NCBI GenBank assembly: GCA_016699795.1
Contig: CP065011.1
Coordinates: forward strand, 1,141,449-1,186,598
Length of the DNA: 45,150 bases
DNA from: Candidatus Moraniibacteriota bacterium
GTDB lineage: Bacteria; Patescibacteriota; Minisyncoccia; Moranbacterales; GCA-2747515
Reading direction: 5' to 3'
A model generated the notes under the pieces. It did not search any database. It was not told the origin of the DNA and saw only the letters and a program-made list of their open reading frames with translations. This document shows positions 26,580 through 35,943 of this stretch, one piece after another (within the stretch, counting starts at the first letter, position 1; each line of letters begins with the position of its first letter). The position numbers and the translations under genes are program-made.

Positions 26580-28304
26580 TTATTTCAATTCTTCTCTCAC
26601 AAAATTCATCAATTCACGAATATATTCTTTTGAGAAATCAAATCGTATACCAGCGGCCTCATAGATTTCCGATACTGTTTGAGAGTATCCAAGACGCATA
26701 AAATTTTTATATTGTTCTATTGTTTTCTTTGGATCTTTCTTGTAGTTACGCCAAATAGCCAAAGCTCCTAACTGTGCTAGAGTATATTCGATATAATAAA
26801 ATGGAATTTCAAAAATATGTAATAACATCATCCATCGCACTACCTTTTCTTTCTCTAAACCAGTCCAATCTCCACCTACATTAAATCGATCCATAAGTTC
26901 AGAAAAATATATTCGTCGCTCGTCCGCATTTCTTTCGGGATTGAGATAAATCCAATGCTGGAAGGCATCTATCACTATTTCCCAAGGAAGATGTTGTATT
27001 TTTGTTTTGAGTTCATCTCGATAAAGCCCTTCCAAATCTTTCAATTTATAAAATTCTTCTCTGTGTTTAAAAGATAAAAGCTCCATACTCATCGAGGCTA
27101 ATTCTGCAACTTCACTAGGCCCTTCCCGATATTCTAGAATTTTCTCATCCCTTTTCATCATATTATGCATAGCATGTCCCGCTTCATGCATTAATGTTTC
27201 TATATCTCCTCGCACACCAACAGAATGCATAAATATAAAAGAAGATCCTTTCTCATAAAGAGGATAGCAATAACCACCCGGAGCTTTCCCTTTTCGATTT
27301 TCCGCATCAATTCGATTATGTTTCCACATAGATTCTAATTCTCTTCCAAATCCCTCATCTACTTTTACAATCGTTCGAATGCTCTTTTCTACCAATTCGA
27401 TATGAGTATGAAAAGGATTATCAACCTCCTCCTCAAGACTCACTTTTAAATCCCAAGGTCGAACTGTTTCAAGTTGTAATTTTTCTTTTCTTTCTTTGTC
27501 AAATTCTGAAACCAAAGGAACGACTACTTGCAACACAGATTCATGTAATTGAAGAAGGTCTCCTGGACTATACGAAAAACGTCCCTTAGCCTTATGTACA
27601 TAATCACGATAATTTTCAAATCCAGCATTCTTTGCTATTTGAATTCTAATTGTTTTAAGATTATCAAATAAAATATCCAGCTGTTCCTGATCTCTCATAT
27701 ATCTTTCATACATTGCCCTCCAAGCACATTCACGAATAGTTCGATCTTTATTTTCAAGATACCCATTAAGCTGTTGAATTGTTTTTTCTTCTCCATCAAA
27801 TAAAACAGTCATCTTAGATGTTATCTCAGCATATTTTGCAGTTAATTTTTCTTCTTCCACAAGAAAAGCGACGTTTTCTTCTCGAAAAATATCTTTATCA
27901 TTTTTCAATATATTTCCCAAGTGAATATATTCTTTTGGTAATTGAGAGAAATAAAGACTTTCACAAAATTTCTTTTTGAGTTGAAATTCTATTGGCTGAC
28001 ATCTTGCCACAATTTCATCAATATAACGATGAAATTCTTTTGCATATTTCGGCTGATCAGAAAATTGCGTCATCTTGATATACAATTCCCCATAAACATC
28101 CGAAACAATAATAGTGAATTCACTTACATTTTCCCAAAAATAAATAAGATCCTCTACTGATTTAATGGGAAGTTCTAATAACTTCTTTATCTCCAATTCA
28201 ACATCTTCCCACACAAGAGGAGAAAATTTTTCTGAAAAGTATCTTCGTTTCATAATTTCATAAAATTCAATCTTACTTTTTAATAAAAAGATTATTCTCT
28301 TCAA
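26580..28304 (-). CDS. pepF: Oligoendopeptidase F-like M3B metallopeptidase
   Basis: The zinc site HEAGHAMH has a downstream E. Length and helical N-domain are typical of the PepF family. The start may be the internal ATG at 28253. Confidence 0.8.
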   Translation of the reverse strand: MKRIIFLLKSKIEFYEIMKRRYFSEKFSPLVWEDVELEIKKLLELPIKSVEDLIYFWENVSEFTIIVSDVYGELYIKMTQFSDQPKYAKEFHRYIDEIVARCQPIEFQLKKKFCESLYFSQLPKEYIHLGNILKNDKDIFREENVAFLVEEEKLTAKYAEITSKMTVLFDGEEKTIQQLNGYLENKDRTIRECAWRAMYERYMRDQEQLDILFDNLKTIRIQIAKNAGFENYRDYVHKAKGRFSYSPGDLLQLHESVLQVVVPLVSEFDKERKEKLQLETVRPWDLKVSLEEEVDNPFHTHIELVEKSIRTIVKVDEGFGRELESMWKHNRIDAENRKGKAPGGYCYPLYEKGSSFIFMHSVGVRGDIETLMHEAGHAMHNMMKRDEKILEYREGPSEVAELASMSMELLSFKHREEFYKLKDLEGLYRDELKTKIQHLPWEIVIDAFQHWIYLNPERNADERRIYFSELMDRFNVGGDWTGLEKEKVVRWMMLLHIFEIPFYYIEYTLAQLGALAIWRNYKKDPKKTIEQYKNFMRLGYSQTVSEIYEAAGIRFDFSKEYIRELMNFVREELK

Positions 28305-28546
28305 GCAGCTCTTTTAAAAATAACATCTTCACACAAAAAAACCAATAAAAAATGCCCTATATATTTCTTAAAAGTATATTCACACTGCTTAAATTTCCTT
28401 TTTAAAAGGATAGTTTTTTTATATAATACAAAAAAATATCTTGACAAAAATGTAAAATTATTACATATTAAATCTATAATCTTTTCTTTTTCCTTGTCTA
28501 TCGGGGCATTTTGATGAGAGATATTTTATCCTAATTCTCTCTTTTC

Positions 28547-29428
28547 ATGTCTCAAAAAAAATTTTCCCTTCTTGTGCTCCCCGCAGTAAAAGGTACGTTA
28601 GAAGTCGTACAAAAGTTTCCTTTTGAAATACATTTCACCAAAGGAACGTATCGAGACATTGCTTTTGTTTTTCACAAAAAAACCGTTACCGTATTCCATC
28701 GAGGAATTGACCTTCGATCTTTTTCTTTTGTTTGGTTGAGTTCAAATTGGGAAACTCGAGATCTTGCGTATGCTGTTCATCTTTATCTTATATCGGTCAA
28801 AACTCCTCATTCCTATGTGGAAGAAGGCTCTTCCAAAATAACTGATTGTATGTTTTTTGGTCTTCATAATCTTCCTATGCCAGATACCGTATTTGTAAAC
28901 AGATCCCAGATACTAAAAAATTTGTCCCTTATCAAAGATGTCTGCGGATATCCCCTTATTATCAAAGACATAAAAGGTGCCCAAGGGAAATATTCAGAAT
29001 TTGTCACCTCAGAATTAGAACTTCTTGAAAAAATTTCTCTTCTTCCAAAAGATAGAAAATTTCTTTTTCAACGTTATATACCCAATGAATATGATTGGGG
29101 TATTATGATGGCAAATGGAGAAGTAGTTGCGGGAGAAAAAAGCTATCCTCTCGATGGTGAGTTTCGAAACAATTCTTGCAATGGCGCTAAGGAACATTTT
29201 ATTGAAATTTCCGCCATACCCAGAAAAATAAAAGAAATTGCACTTGCTACAAACAATCTTCTCGGACTTTCCTGGTGTCGGGTTGATATTATTGTTGATA
29301 AAAAAACAAATCTTCCATATCTTTTGGAAATAAATCGTTTTCCAGGAATCACTTCAGCCTCCAATGAAGTTCTTGGTGCTTATACATTTCTCGCCTCTCA
29401 TATTTTTCCGAACAAGAAAAAAATATAA
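28547..29428 (+). CDS. ATP-grasp enzyme, RimK-like (alpha-L-glutamate ligase family)
   Basis: Motifs PLIIKDIKGAQGKYSEFV, FQRYIPNEYDWGIMM and LEINRFPG form the ATP-grasp pattern. Confidence 0.65.
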   Translation: MSQKKFSLLVLPAVKGTLEVVQKFPFEIHFTKGTYRDIAFVFHKKTVTVFHRGIDLRSFSFVWLSSNWETRDLAYAVHLYLISVKTPHSYVEEGSSKITDCMFFGLHNLPMPDTVFVNRSQILKNLSLIKDVCGYPLIIKDIKGAQGKYSEFVTSELELLEKISLLPKDRKFLFQRYIPNEYDWGIMMANGEVVAGEKSYPLDGEFRNNSCNGAKEHFIEISAIPRKIKEIALATNNLLGLSWCRVDIIVDKKTNLPYLLEINRFPGITSASNEVLGAYTFLASHIFPNKKKI

Positions 29429-29462
29429 CACTCTCTAAAGCATATTTATTTTAGAGAATATT

Positions 29463-29497
29463 AAAAAAACCGTCTTCTTTTATGAAAAGAAAACGGT
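29463..29497 (-). terminator. Rho-independent terminator for the minus-strand gene 29511..30014
   Basis: A 13-position stem ACCGTCTTCTTTT/AAAAGAAAACGGT with one mismatch and a 3-nt loop. It is followed by a T run on the minus strand. Confidence 0.6.
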
Positions 29498-29510
29498 TCA
29501 ACGCACGAGA

Positions 29511-30014
29511 CTACAAAGAGCTTACATAGATAGCAACATTTCCATTTCGAATTCCATCGCTTCGAGAAATGTCTACTGTGAATTTCTTCGGCATATTCTG
29601 CCCAAGAGCTCTGCGCTCTACAGAAAGGCACTTATTTTCACTATTATAATGAAAGTTTGTATAGTCTATAAGAGGCAGAGGAAAACCATCGTCAAAAACA
29701 AGCATTGATCTTGACGCATTCATAATTTCGAACATATGAGGAACAGTTTTCGTCCCAAGATATCGAAGAAGAATCTGAACGATTCCTCCTTTATTTATGA
29801 ATTGCATTGGAATCCAAAGAAATCGGTCATCAGACATCCAATTAAATGGCTTCTCTGAGACATCTTCCTCACCGCAGTGCCACTTTTGAATAAGGGTGAG
29901 ATCACGCTCTGTAATCTGAGGAGCCCAGTATTCAGGATGCTTATGACGATTCACACGACGAACCTTTTGAACATCTTCTTCGATTTTTTTGAGAAAATCT
30001 TTATTCAAATGCAC
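29511..30014 (-). CDS. Hypothetical protein
   Basis: A 167-aa ORF with a downstream terminator and no recognised family. Confidence 0.5.
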   Translation of the reverse strand: MHLNKDFLKKIEEDVQKVRRVNRHKHPEYWAPQITERDLTLIQKWHCGEEDVSEKPFNWMSDDRFLWIPMQFINKGGIVQILLRYLGTKTVPHMFEIMNASRSMLVFDDGFPLPLIDYTNFHYNSENKCLSVERRALGQNMPKKFTVDISRSDGIRNGNVAIYVSSL

Positions 30015-30097
30015 AGTACACCTCTTTTCCTATGGAAGAAAGAACCATCTCTCTTATGCCACAAAAAAGAATATATAGCAAATTTTTGAAAAAGAAA

Positions 30098-30334
30098 TCA
30101 GTTCCTCATTTCATTTCCCTCTATAAAAATACCTTTTTCTTTTGCTTCTTCAACTTGCTTATCAAATGCTATGAATTTTTCAAGAGTATTTTCTGAAACC
30201 GATTCAAGAAGATCCCTCAGTCTCTTTATTTTTTCTTCAATTTTTTGTATTTCTTGACGAACATACTCTACTGATAATTTATCAATATATTCACCCCGTC
30301 TTTCAAACCATGCTTCATTTTTCTCTAACTCAAT
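30098..30334 (-). CDS. Coiled-coil ORF without ATG/GTG/TTG start; either an ATT-initiated gene or the continuation of 30338..30649 across an in-frame TAG
   Basis: It reads (I)ELEKNEAWFERRGEYIDKLSVEYVRQEIQKIEEKIKRLRDLLESVSENTLEKFIAFDKQVEEAKEKGIFIEGNEMRN-TGA. It is in the same frame as the upstream ORF. GGAGG lies 8 nt before the ATT at 30334..30332. Confidence 0.3.
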   Translation of the reverse strand: MELEKNEAWFERRGEYIDKLSVEYVRQEIQKIEEKIKRLRDLLESVSENTLEKFIAFDKQVEEAKEKGIFIEGNEMRN

Positions 30335-30337
30335 TTC

Positions 30338-30649
30338 CTAATCCTCCCGAAGCAATTGAAACCGTTCAGAAAATTTTCGCATTGACTGAATAAAAGATTC
30401 TGTTTCCTGATCCCATTTAAGAGCTTTTTCAGCATTTGGTTCGCCATCAGCAACTGGCGGAAAAATATGTAACTTTTCCATAAAAATTTCCTTTAAAAAA
30501 TACCTTTTATACTCACTTGTGTTCTTTAGTATACCAGAATTCAAATAATCATAAAAGCTGTTTATCCCAAAATAAAAAAGACCAATCTCATAAACAAGAT
30601 TGGTCTCTATTTCATTATCTACGCTTCCCCCTACGAATCTTTTCTCCAT
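30338..30649 (-). CDS. Hypothetical protein (real start possibly the internal ATG at 30481)
   Basis: The track ORF ends in TAG (30340..30338), and the frame stays open for 79 more codons after it. Confidence 0.4.
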   Translation of the reverse strand: MEKRFVGGSVDNEIETNLVYEIGLFYFGINSFYDYLNSGILKNTSEYKRYFLKEIFMEKLHIFPPVADGEPNAEKALKWDQETESFIQSMRKFSERFQLLRED

Positions 30650-31199
30650 TCATATCGAGATCTGCAAGATGGATAAGATGAGTGAGATCAAAATTCACCT
30701 CATTATCTTTTATTGCAACCCCTGTTGTATAACCAAGATCATACTTATCGAGTTTCGGTTGCAAATGATCTTCTATCCTCTGAATAAGTTTGTTTATAGA
30801 ACAACTTTCAGACTATTCCATAACAATAACAAATTCATCTCCAGATATATGTCCCACAATATCTTCCCCTCTCATACAATTTTTCAATGTCTCAGCTATA
30901 ATTCGAAGTGCTTCATCTCCAACTTTATGTCCTCGTGTATCATTAAGACATTTAAAGCCATCCATATCAATAAAAACTGCAGCAATCTTCGTTTCACCTT
31001 TTCGAAGCCACCTTTCTGTTAGAAAACGTCCCTGTTTTTCAACGCCTCGCTTATTGAGAATGCCTGAAATAGGACTTTCATGAAGAAGTGTTTCTAATTT
31101 ACCAATTTTTTGCAAAAGGACTCCAACAAGAAAAAGTATGATAAGGAACATAAAACAAAGAACTATAAAAACTACGAGAAAGATTTCATTCATTTTCAA
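30615..31199 (-). pseudogene. GGDEF-domain (diguanylate cyclase-like) gene interrupted by an in-frame TAG at 30815..30813
   Basis: The upstream part has a TM segment, then FIDMDGFKCLNDTRGHKVGDEALR...ISGDEFVIVME. After the TAG the same frame continues SESCSINKLIQRIEDHLQPKLDKYDLGYTTGVAIKDNEVNFDLTHLIHLADLDMNGEKIRRGKRR-TAA. That is the expected C-terminal half of a GGDEF domain (the SiGvA-like and AD-x-x-x-Y/M-x-x-K segments). Confidence 0.7.
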
Positions 31200-31336
31200 C
31201 GCTCTCCTCTTGATTATGAAAGTAGATTCTCTTCCCTCAAAGTAATATAAAATGAATAAAATGTCAAGATATTACATTCCTTTATGAAAACTTTTTGTCT
31301 TCTTTTCTTATTTAAAAAAATAAGAAAAAGACTGCT

Positions 31337-31804
31337 CTATTTAAGAAGTAGTCTCAAAATTCGATCAGAGAATCTCTTGAAGAACGATGTTTTTTTCACA
31401 CCCTTTACTTGTACAACAACTTCGTGACCCGCTTCGCATCCAAAAAATGGAAAAATTATAGGTGAAGTATATTCAACAATGACTGGTTTAGCTAGGAAAT
31501 TTGAATCACCAAAACCTCCAACCTGAAAGTGTACAGCGATCCCATCTTCTCTAAAAAAAAGTTCTGCTACATGTCCGATTTGTAACGTTTCTTTATTTTG
31601 TGAAAAGTCGGGAACAATAATCACTGAGCTAAGAATTCTTTTTACATCAAGAAGTTGTCTTTCCACAACATTCTCTTGAAAAGTAAGTTCTTTGAAAGCA
31701 AAATCCTCGTGCCCAGTATCAACACTACTTGCAAAAACTTCCCCCTTTTGTAATTGTAAAAATTCGAACGTATTAAGCAATTTATCATGTCGCTCTTGAA
31801 GCAC
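31337..31804 (-). CDS. GreA/GreB-family transcript cleavage factor-like protein (start uncertain)
   Basis: The C-domain pattern is LQIGHVAELFFREDGIAVHFQVGGFGDSNFLAKPVIVEYTSPIIFPFFGCEAGHEVVV, and the N-terminus is coiled-coil. The track start is GTG. A conserved-looking VTKNGLKVLQE segment lies just upstream in the same frame, with no in-frame start codon. Confidence 0.6.
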   Translation of the reverse strand: MLQERHDKLLNTFEFLQLQKGEVFASSVDTGHEDFAFKELTFQENVVERQLLDVKRILSSVIIVPDFSQNKETLQIGHVAELFFREDGIAVHFQVGGFGDSNFLAKPVIVEYTSPIIFPFFGCEAGHEVVVQVKGVKKTSFFKRFSDRILRLLLK

Positions 31805-32069
31805 TTTCAGACCATTCTTCGTAACAAAAAAAATTTTGCATTTTTACACACCCTGGTTTTTGTGAGAAATATTCTTTGAAAGTTTTTCAAAGAACCTTTA
31901 TTGCCTTGAGGTTTTCTCTCTATAGAGAACTCAAAAAGAACTATCCTCCAGTATCAAAAGAATACTCAAGTAGTATTCATCATACAGAGAAAGGGTGTTA
32001 TCGTCAACATTTCTTTTAAAAAATTTTTATAAAAAGTCTTTTTTATAAAGCATCTCTAGATAAGTACCT

Positions 32070-33344
32070 TTATTCATTTCCCTCCATAAGTTCCAAGCTT
32101 TTAATTTGAGGTAGAGTTACCAATCCACTCAAATCTCCATACATTCCTACGGTATTTGTAATAACTTTTCTTATTTGTTTTTCACGTTCACTCCATATTT
32201 TTTCATAGGCCATTCGCTCTTTACGAAGACCTTCGTCCATACTTGAGAAAGCTTCAACAATAGCTTCTACTCGTTGCTTAAACTCTACCCCCGTTAAATA
32301 GGAATACAAAATTTCCATTTTTTCATTCTTCCCCACAGACATTGATTTCTCTCGAGTAATTGATTCTAAATTTATTCTCAATGCCGTTGCAAGAGCTGTA
32401 GCGAGTTTTATATCACAAATCCATATACCATCACGAAAAGCAAATCCTTTTACGTCTTGAGGCAAAACTGAAGATACGATCACAGCCAAATCAGCTCTTA
32501 CTAGACGTTGGTCATCTTTCAGTTTTTGAACCCAACCCTCACTCCATGCTTTTGTTTTTTTGAATTCCCAAACAATTTGTCCACACAACCTTCCATTTCT
32601 ATCCATTACCTTATGAATAATATCAGCGCCATTCACTCCTTTAGGGACTGGGGTTATTTCATCAAAGGGAAATTCTAATCTCAATGTTTCTTCAAGCTCC
32701 AATTCCAAAACTTCTCCTTGGGATTGTTGCGATCCTTGTTCCAATTTACGAGCAAGGTCATCTTTAGCTTTAGTTGCATCAGTAAGTTGTTTCTTTAATT
32801 GAGCAATTACATATTGTTGTTCCTCTCCAGCCTTTCTACTCGCTTCTTCAATTATTCCCTTTCTTTCTTCATCAAGTTGTCTTTGTTTTTCCAATTCAAA
32901 GTTTTTTCTTTCCTCCTCGATTTTTATTTTTTCTTTTCGCATTTCTAATTCTTTTTGATTAGCTTCTTGAAGTTTCGTATCTTTTTCTCTCAAAAGCTCT
33001 TCGTACATATTTTTCTCCGCCAATTGCTCTTTCTGGACTTCTGTCTGAAGTTGCTTTCTCAAATTTATTTTTTCAATTTCAATTTTTTGAGCCACTTGCT
33101 GTTCCATTTCAAATTGCGATCTTTCTCTCTCTTCCTCTAATTGTTTTTTCTGAATTTCCAATGTTCTTTTTTGATTTTCCAGTTCAGCCTCTTTCTCTTT
33201 TTGCTCATCCTGCATTTCCTTTCGTATATCTTCTCCTATTTGTTGTGTCAAAACATCGTCGATAGAAATTGATTCTCCACATTTCGGACACTTTATTTTC
33301 TGTTCTTCGTAAGACATAGAAGTATGTTCATAATTATTCTTCAT
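32070..33344 (-). CDS. DUF2130-family protein (N-terminal CxxC, long coiled coil, C-terminal nuclease-like domain)
   Basis: It begins KIKCPKCGESISIDD, followed by about 200 aa of E/K/Q-rich coiled coil. The C-terminal part reads NGADIIHKVMDRNGRLCGQIVWEFKKTKAWSEGWVQKLKDDQRLVRADLAVIVSSVLP. The start is set at the ATG at 33344 to clear the upstream HNH gene. Confidence 0.7.
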   Translation of the reverse strand: MKNNYEHTSMSYEEQKIKCPKCGESISIDDVLTQQIGEDIRKEMQDEQKEKEAELENQKRTLEIQKKQLEEERERSQFEMEQQVAQKIEIEKINLRKQLQTEVQKEQLAEKNMYEELLREKDTKLQEANQKELEMRKEKIKIEEERKNFELEKQRQLDEERKGIIEEASRKAGEEQQYVIAQLKKQLTDATKAKDDLARKLEQGSQQSQGEVLELELEETLRLEFPFDEITPVPKGVNGADIIHKVMDRNGRLCGQIVWEFKKTKAWSEGWVQKLKDDQRLVRADLAVIVSSVLPQDVKGFAFRDGIWICDIKLATALATALRINLESITREKSMSVGKNEKMEILYSYLTGVEFKQRVEAIVEAFSSMDEGLRKERMAYEKIWSEREKQIRKVITNTVGMYGDLSGLVTLPQIKSLELMEGNE

Positions 33345-33390
33345 TCCAGCATAACACAAGCCCATGAGAGAAGACAGAAATACTTTTTTT

Positions 33391-33789
33391 CTATCGATGC
33401 ACTTCTCCGTGACAATTTCTACAAAAAGAAATTCCATTTTCTACAGATTCATCCCCTCCATGTTCTCTTGGAATGATGTGATGTATTTCCAAAATAGCAT
33501 TCTGCCGACTTCCACCAGATACCCCACCTCCACACGAAGAACATCCACCAATTTTCTTTATCAATCGTTCCTTTGCGCTTTTTGAAAATCGTGCCGATCG
33601 ATCCACATTTTCATGAGGAATATCACGAAATAAGGCTATTATTTCCCTACAATCAAAGATAAAATCTGGACTTGGAAAATCCCCCAGTTCAATACGACTT
33701 TTCATTCGAGAACGAAGAAGAGAGGCCTTCTCAAAAATAGACTCTTTACCTTCTATTTTGTTTGTAAAGATATTTTCAAAACTCGGCAT
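33391..33789 (-). CDS. HNH endonuclease-domain protein
   Basis: CSSCGGG...EIHHIIPREHGGDESVENGISFCRNCHGEVH is an HNH motif with flanking Cys pairs. Confidence 0.75.
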   Translation of the reverse strand: MPSFENIFTNKIEGKESIFEKASLLRSRMKSRIELGDFPSPDFIFDCREIIALFRDIPHENVDRSARFSKSAKERLIKKIGGCSSCGGGVSGGSRQNAILEIHHIIPREHGGDESVENGISFCRNCHGEVHR

Positions 33790-33873
33790 AACATAAAAAT
33801 TATATATTCATTTCTTTATCTATATACTATTTTTTGCGAGAACCATTTGGAAATCTAAACATCGAATAATGAA

Positions 33874-35925
33874 TTATTTTCGTTTCGATATTGTTATCGT
33901 CGTATTTGCCTTTGCAGTAGTCCCATTAGCTCCAGTACACAGTATAGAGTAGGTAGTAGTTTGTTTTGGCGTAAGTACTATTGAACCATTCGCTTGACCA
34001 TTAGTATTAAAGCCAGTTCCCTTACAAGTTGAAGCATTCGTACTTTTCCAAACAAGAGTCCAAGTGAAAGACTTGCTATTGGAAGGACTAGATTTTTGAG
34101 AGGCTGTGAGTGAAACAGTGGGGGTAATAGTAGGATTAGGATTGGTATCTCCTCCTCTAGAAACTTTTAGTATGACAGCTCCTCCCGTCGGAACATACAC
34201 TTTTTGATCATAACTTTTGCCACTACCCATATCTTTATCTGTCAATAAATCTCTCCAAGAAAAGGTATCTGCACCCCAACCTAATTCTTTTGCAGGAAGG
34301 CTAAAATTTACATAACCAGCAGGAGTGTTATTTTTTGCGATCACAATAATAGCGGTATTATCTTTCCACATAATATAAGGTTGTAAATCTGTTCCACTAT
34401 ATTTTGTTATATTTTTAATTCGAGTATCTGCTAAGTGTTTTTCAAAAGGACGAATAATATCTTTGTATTCTTTTCTAATTTTAATCAACTTTTTTACTTG
34501 TTGGTAGAAAGTATTGTTTTCTTTAAGCTTGTCCCATTTAATTTCATTAAAGAAGAGTTTAGATTGATCAGGATTAGGATGAATACTCTTGAAAGGGTTA
34601 TTAAATTCCTCTCCAGAAAAAATTTGCGGTATGAAAGGAGAAATCAGAACACCATAAGCTAATCGTCCCAAATTACCTCGAGCGCTATAAGAAATAAAAG
34701 CAGAATCGCTTAATGTTAAGTCGACATACTGCGCATTCTTTAAAATACCCGCATGAATTTCATTGGCTACATTTCTTTTCCCGTCAAAAAGGTTCATTAA
34801 AGAATCATGTCCCGTTGCTTGTGGATCATTAACACTGTCTAAATAACCATAATCATGTTCAGAAACATTTATTGCATATCCTCTTGAACTCCTATCAGTT
34901 CTTGGATATGATTCAGACATCATAAAGATTTTCTTCTTTGTTTTATCAAACACTTCTTCTCTTGCTTTTTTGATAACCATCATTCCCGCATGATTAGGCT
35001 CAAGGTCCCAACGAAAACCATCAACGCCATATTTAGCCACAGAATCAACTATGATTGTTTGAATATACCACTGACGAAAATCAGGGTTTGTCCAACTCCA
35101 TTGGGGAATTTTACCCCATATAGAATTTAGATAGAGTGTTCCGTCAGGATTCTTAACAAACCAATCTTTTTTTGATGATTCATTCAAATGTACGCTGTCT
35201 TTAGAAATACCATGAGTTCCTATATTTCTTATCACCTTCAAACCTCTCGCATGGGCAGCATCTACAAATTCTTTAAAGCCAACGCCATCACGTTCTAAAC
35301 ACGATTCAATCTTGGTTAAATCTCTAGCACCAAAAGCTCCTAAGTTATGACCACCGCATGTGATTTTATTTCCATTAATATTTTCACCTTCCGGAACGTG
35401 CTCAGAAATAGGAGTAATATGTATAGCAGTAACGCCCAAATCAGCAAGATGATCTAATTTAGGTATAGCAGACTTAAAAGTTCCTTCGGGAGTAAATGTC
35501 TCAATGCGCATTTGATAAATAATCAAGTCCTTAACCCAATCAGGCGTAATCTCATCCGAAGGAACGGCACTCTCACCCGTAGCTCGACAACGTAACGGTT
35601 TCCATTTCCCCGTAACCATACTCATTCGTTTGGAAAGTTCCATTGTGTCTGTGGTGGTGAGATGATAGGTACTATCAGCACCTCCTCCACTAGAAAAAGT
35701 ATTTTTAAGAAAAACAGCTCCTTTATTATTAAATAATCCTACGGTATCAATACCATCTCCATTCCAATCCCCTGCAACAGGAAGATAATACGGCTGTTTA
35801 GCCCCTCCAAAATTAAATGTTTTATCAGCAGGACCAGGTTCATGTTTATCCTTCAAATAAAATTTACTTGTACTACGATCATAAAAACCTATAGTATCTT
35901 TTCCATCTCCATTCCAATCACCCAC
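33874..35925 (-). CDS. GH13 alpha-amylase-family catalytic module with N-terminal GDWNGDG (FG-GAP/VCBS-like) repeats and a C-terminal beta-domain; lacks its own signal peptide
   Basis: Motifs DLIIYQMRIETFT, LADLGVTAIHITPI, GLKVIRNIGTHG, GVDGFRWDLEPNH and MMSESY are GH13-like conserved regions. The GTG start is in frame with the upstream ORF across a TAA. Confidence 0.75.
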   Translation of the reverse strand: MGDWNGDGKDTIGFYDRSTSKFYLKDKHEPGPADKTFNFGGAKQPYYLPVAGDWNGDGIDTVGLFNNKGAVFLKNTFSSGGGADSTYHLTTTDTMELSKRMSMVTGKWKPLRCRATGESAVPSDEITPDWVKDLIIYQMRIETFTPEGTFKSAIPKLDHLADLGVTAIHITPISEHVPEGENINGNKITCGGHNLGAFGARDLTKIESCLERDGVGFKEFVDAAHARGLKVIRNIGTHGISKDSVHLNESSKKDWFVKNPDGTLYLNSIWGKIPQWSWTNPDFRQWYIQTIIVDSVAKYGVDGFRWDLEPNHAGMMVIKKAREEVFDKTKKKIFMMSESYPRTDRSSRGYAINVSEHDYGYLDSVNDPQATGHDSLMNLFDGKRNVANEIHAGILKNAQYVDLTLSDSAFISYSARGNLGRLAYGVLISPFIPQIFSGEEFNNPFKSIHPNPDQSKLFFNEIKWDKLKENNTFYQQVKKLIKIRKEYKDIIRPFEKHLADTRIKNITKYSGTDLQPYIMWKDNTAIIVIAKNNTPAGYVNFSLPAKELGWGADTFSWRDLLTDKDMGSGKSYDQKVYVPTGGAVILKVSRGGDTNPNPTITPTVSLTASQKSSPSNSKSFTWTLVWKSTNASTCKGTGFNTNGQANGSIVLTPKQTTTYSILCTGANGTTAKANTTITISKRK

Positions 35926-35943
35926 AATAGGTAGCCAACCCGA

